64,000 bases of DNA, taken from the NCBI RefSeq assembly GCF_006345805.1, contig NC_042999.1, positions 106,392,001 to 106,456,000 on the forward strand. The letters run 5' to 3'. The DNA is from Octopus sinensis. Lineage: Eukaryota. The notes below the pieces were generated by a model, which worked only from the letters and a program-made list of their open reading frames with translations, did not search any database and was not told the origin of the DNA. Shown in pieces: positions 63,461 through 64,000 of the stretch. The position numbers were made by a program, and so were the translations under genes. Within the stretch, counting starts at the first letter, position 1. Each line of letters begins with the position of its first letter.

Positions 63461-64000
63461 CGAGGGTCGTTCAATAAGTAATGCCCCTGACCCACTTCCC
63501 ATAGCAATAGAGCAACGAAACTTGGCACAGTTATTAGTCTTTTTCTACATAGGAACCATCGAGAGTAACGCATATCTCCCATCGTTTGATGCAGCTCTGG
63601 AGACCGTTTGTGTAGAAGACCTCAGCTTGGTCCTCCAGCCACGACATGACTTCAGAAATCAAGGCTGCATCATCTGGCAAACGCTTTACTTTCAAATACA
63701 ACTTCATGGCTGAGAAGAGGTGAAAATCAGAGGGTGCAAGATCAGGAAAGTAGGAGGGATGGGGAAGAGTTCATAGCCGCACGCCTGTGCTTCTGATCTG
63801 GCGACACGCGAGTTGTGGACCGGAGCGTTGTCCTGCAAGAGGAGGATGCCTTTGCTGATCTTGCCCCGCCTCTTGATTTTGATAGCTTCTCTTAATTTCC
63901 TCAAAAGTGAAGCATAATAGGCTCCTGTAATTGTGGTACTCTTTGCCAGGAAATCTGTCATCACTACTCCGTCCTGGTCCCAGAAGACTGTGAGAATGAT
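63461..64000 (-). mobile_element. mariner transposon 3' half, running off the window end
   Basis: TA|CGAGGGTCGTTCAATAAG TIR start. LTVFWDQDGV...LLLQDNAPVH...PH/PSYFPDLAPSDFHLF...YVEKD*, with a frameshift near 63770. Confidence 0.92.

Overview
AT-rich, microsatellite-dense eukaryotic DNA. I recognise the tRNA-derived SINEs from memory as octopus-type, so a cephalopod origin is likely but needs a search to confirm. No complete host gene is visible, only three candidate + strand spliced exons (37.7, 44.4, 46.5 kb) of an unidentified protein. The rest is mostly transposon debris: (i) Penelope-like elements (RT + GIY-YIG) in (TA)n tracts, plus several hammerhead-ribozyme motifs, including an essentially canonical pair in inverted orientation at 24.8/25.1 kb; (ii) R4/Dong-type non-LTR elements (RT + CCHC + restriction-like endonuclease) of three subfamilies stacked in (TAA)n tracts with non-autonomous passengers; (iii) a full-length DD37D (maT) Tc1/mariner, two mariner relics, a MITE-like foldback, Helitron, RTE and Gypsy-gag relics, and several SINE families. 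The most unusual region is 4.9-7.2 kb: a tandem array of two clear and one heavily deleted Gag/ORF1p-like CCHC zinc-knuckle pseudogenes with no pol nearby. Most entries in the ORF track are microsatellite or antisense artefacts. No CRISPR, rRNA or prokaryotic features were seen. All alignments and folds were done by eye, so boundaries of degenerate relics are approximate.
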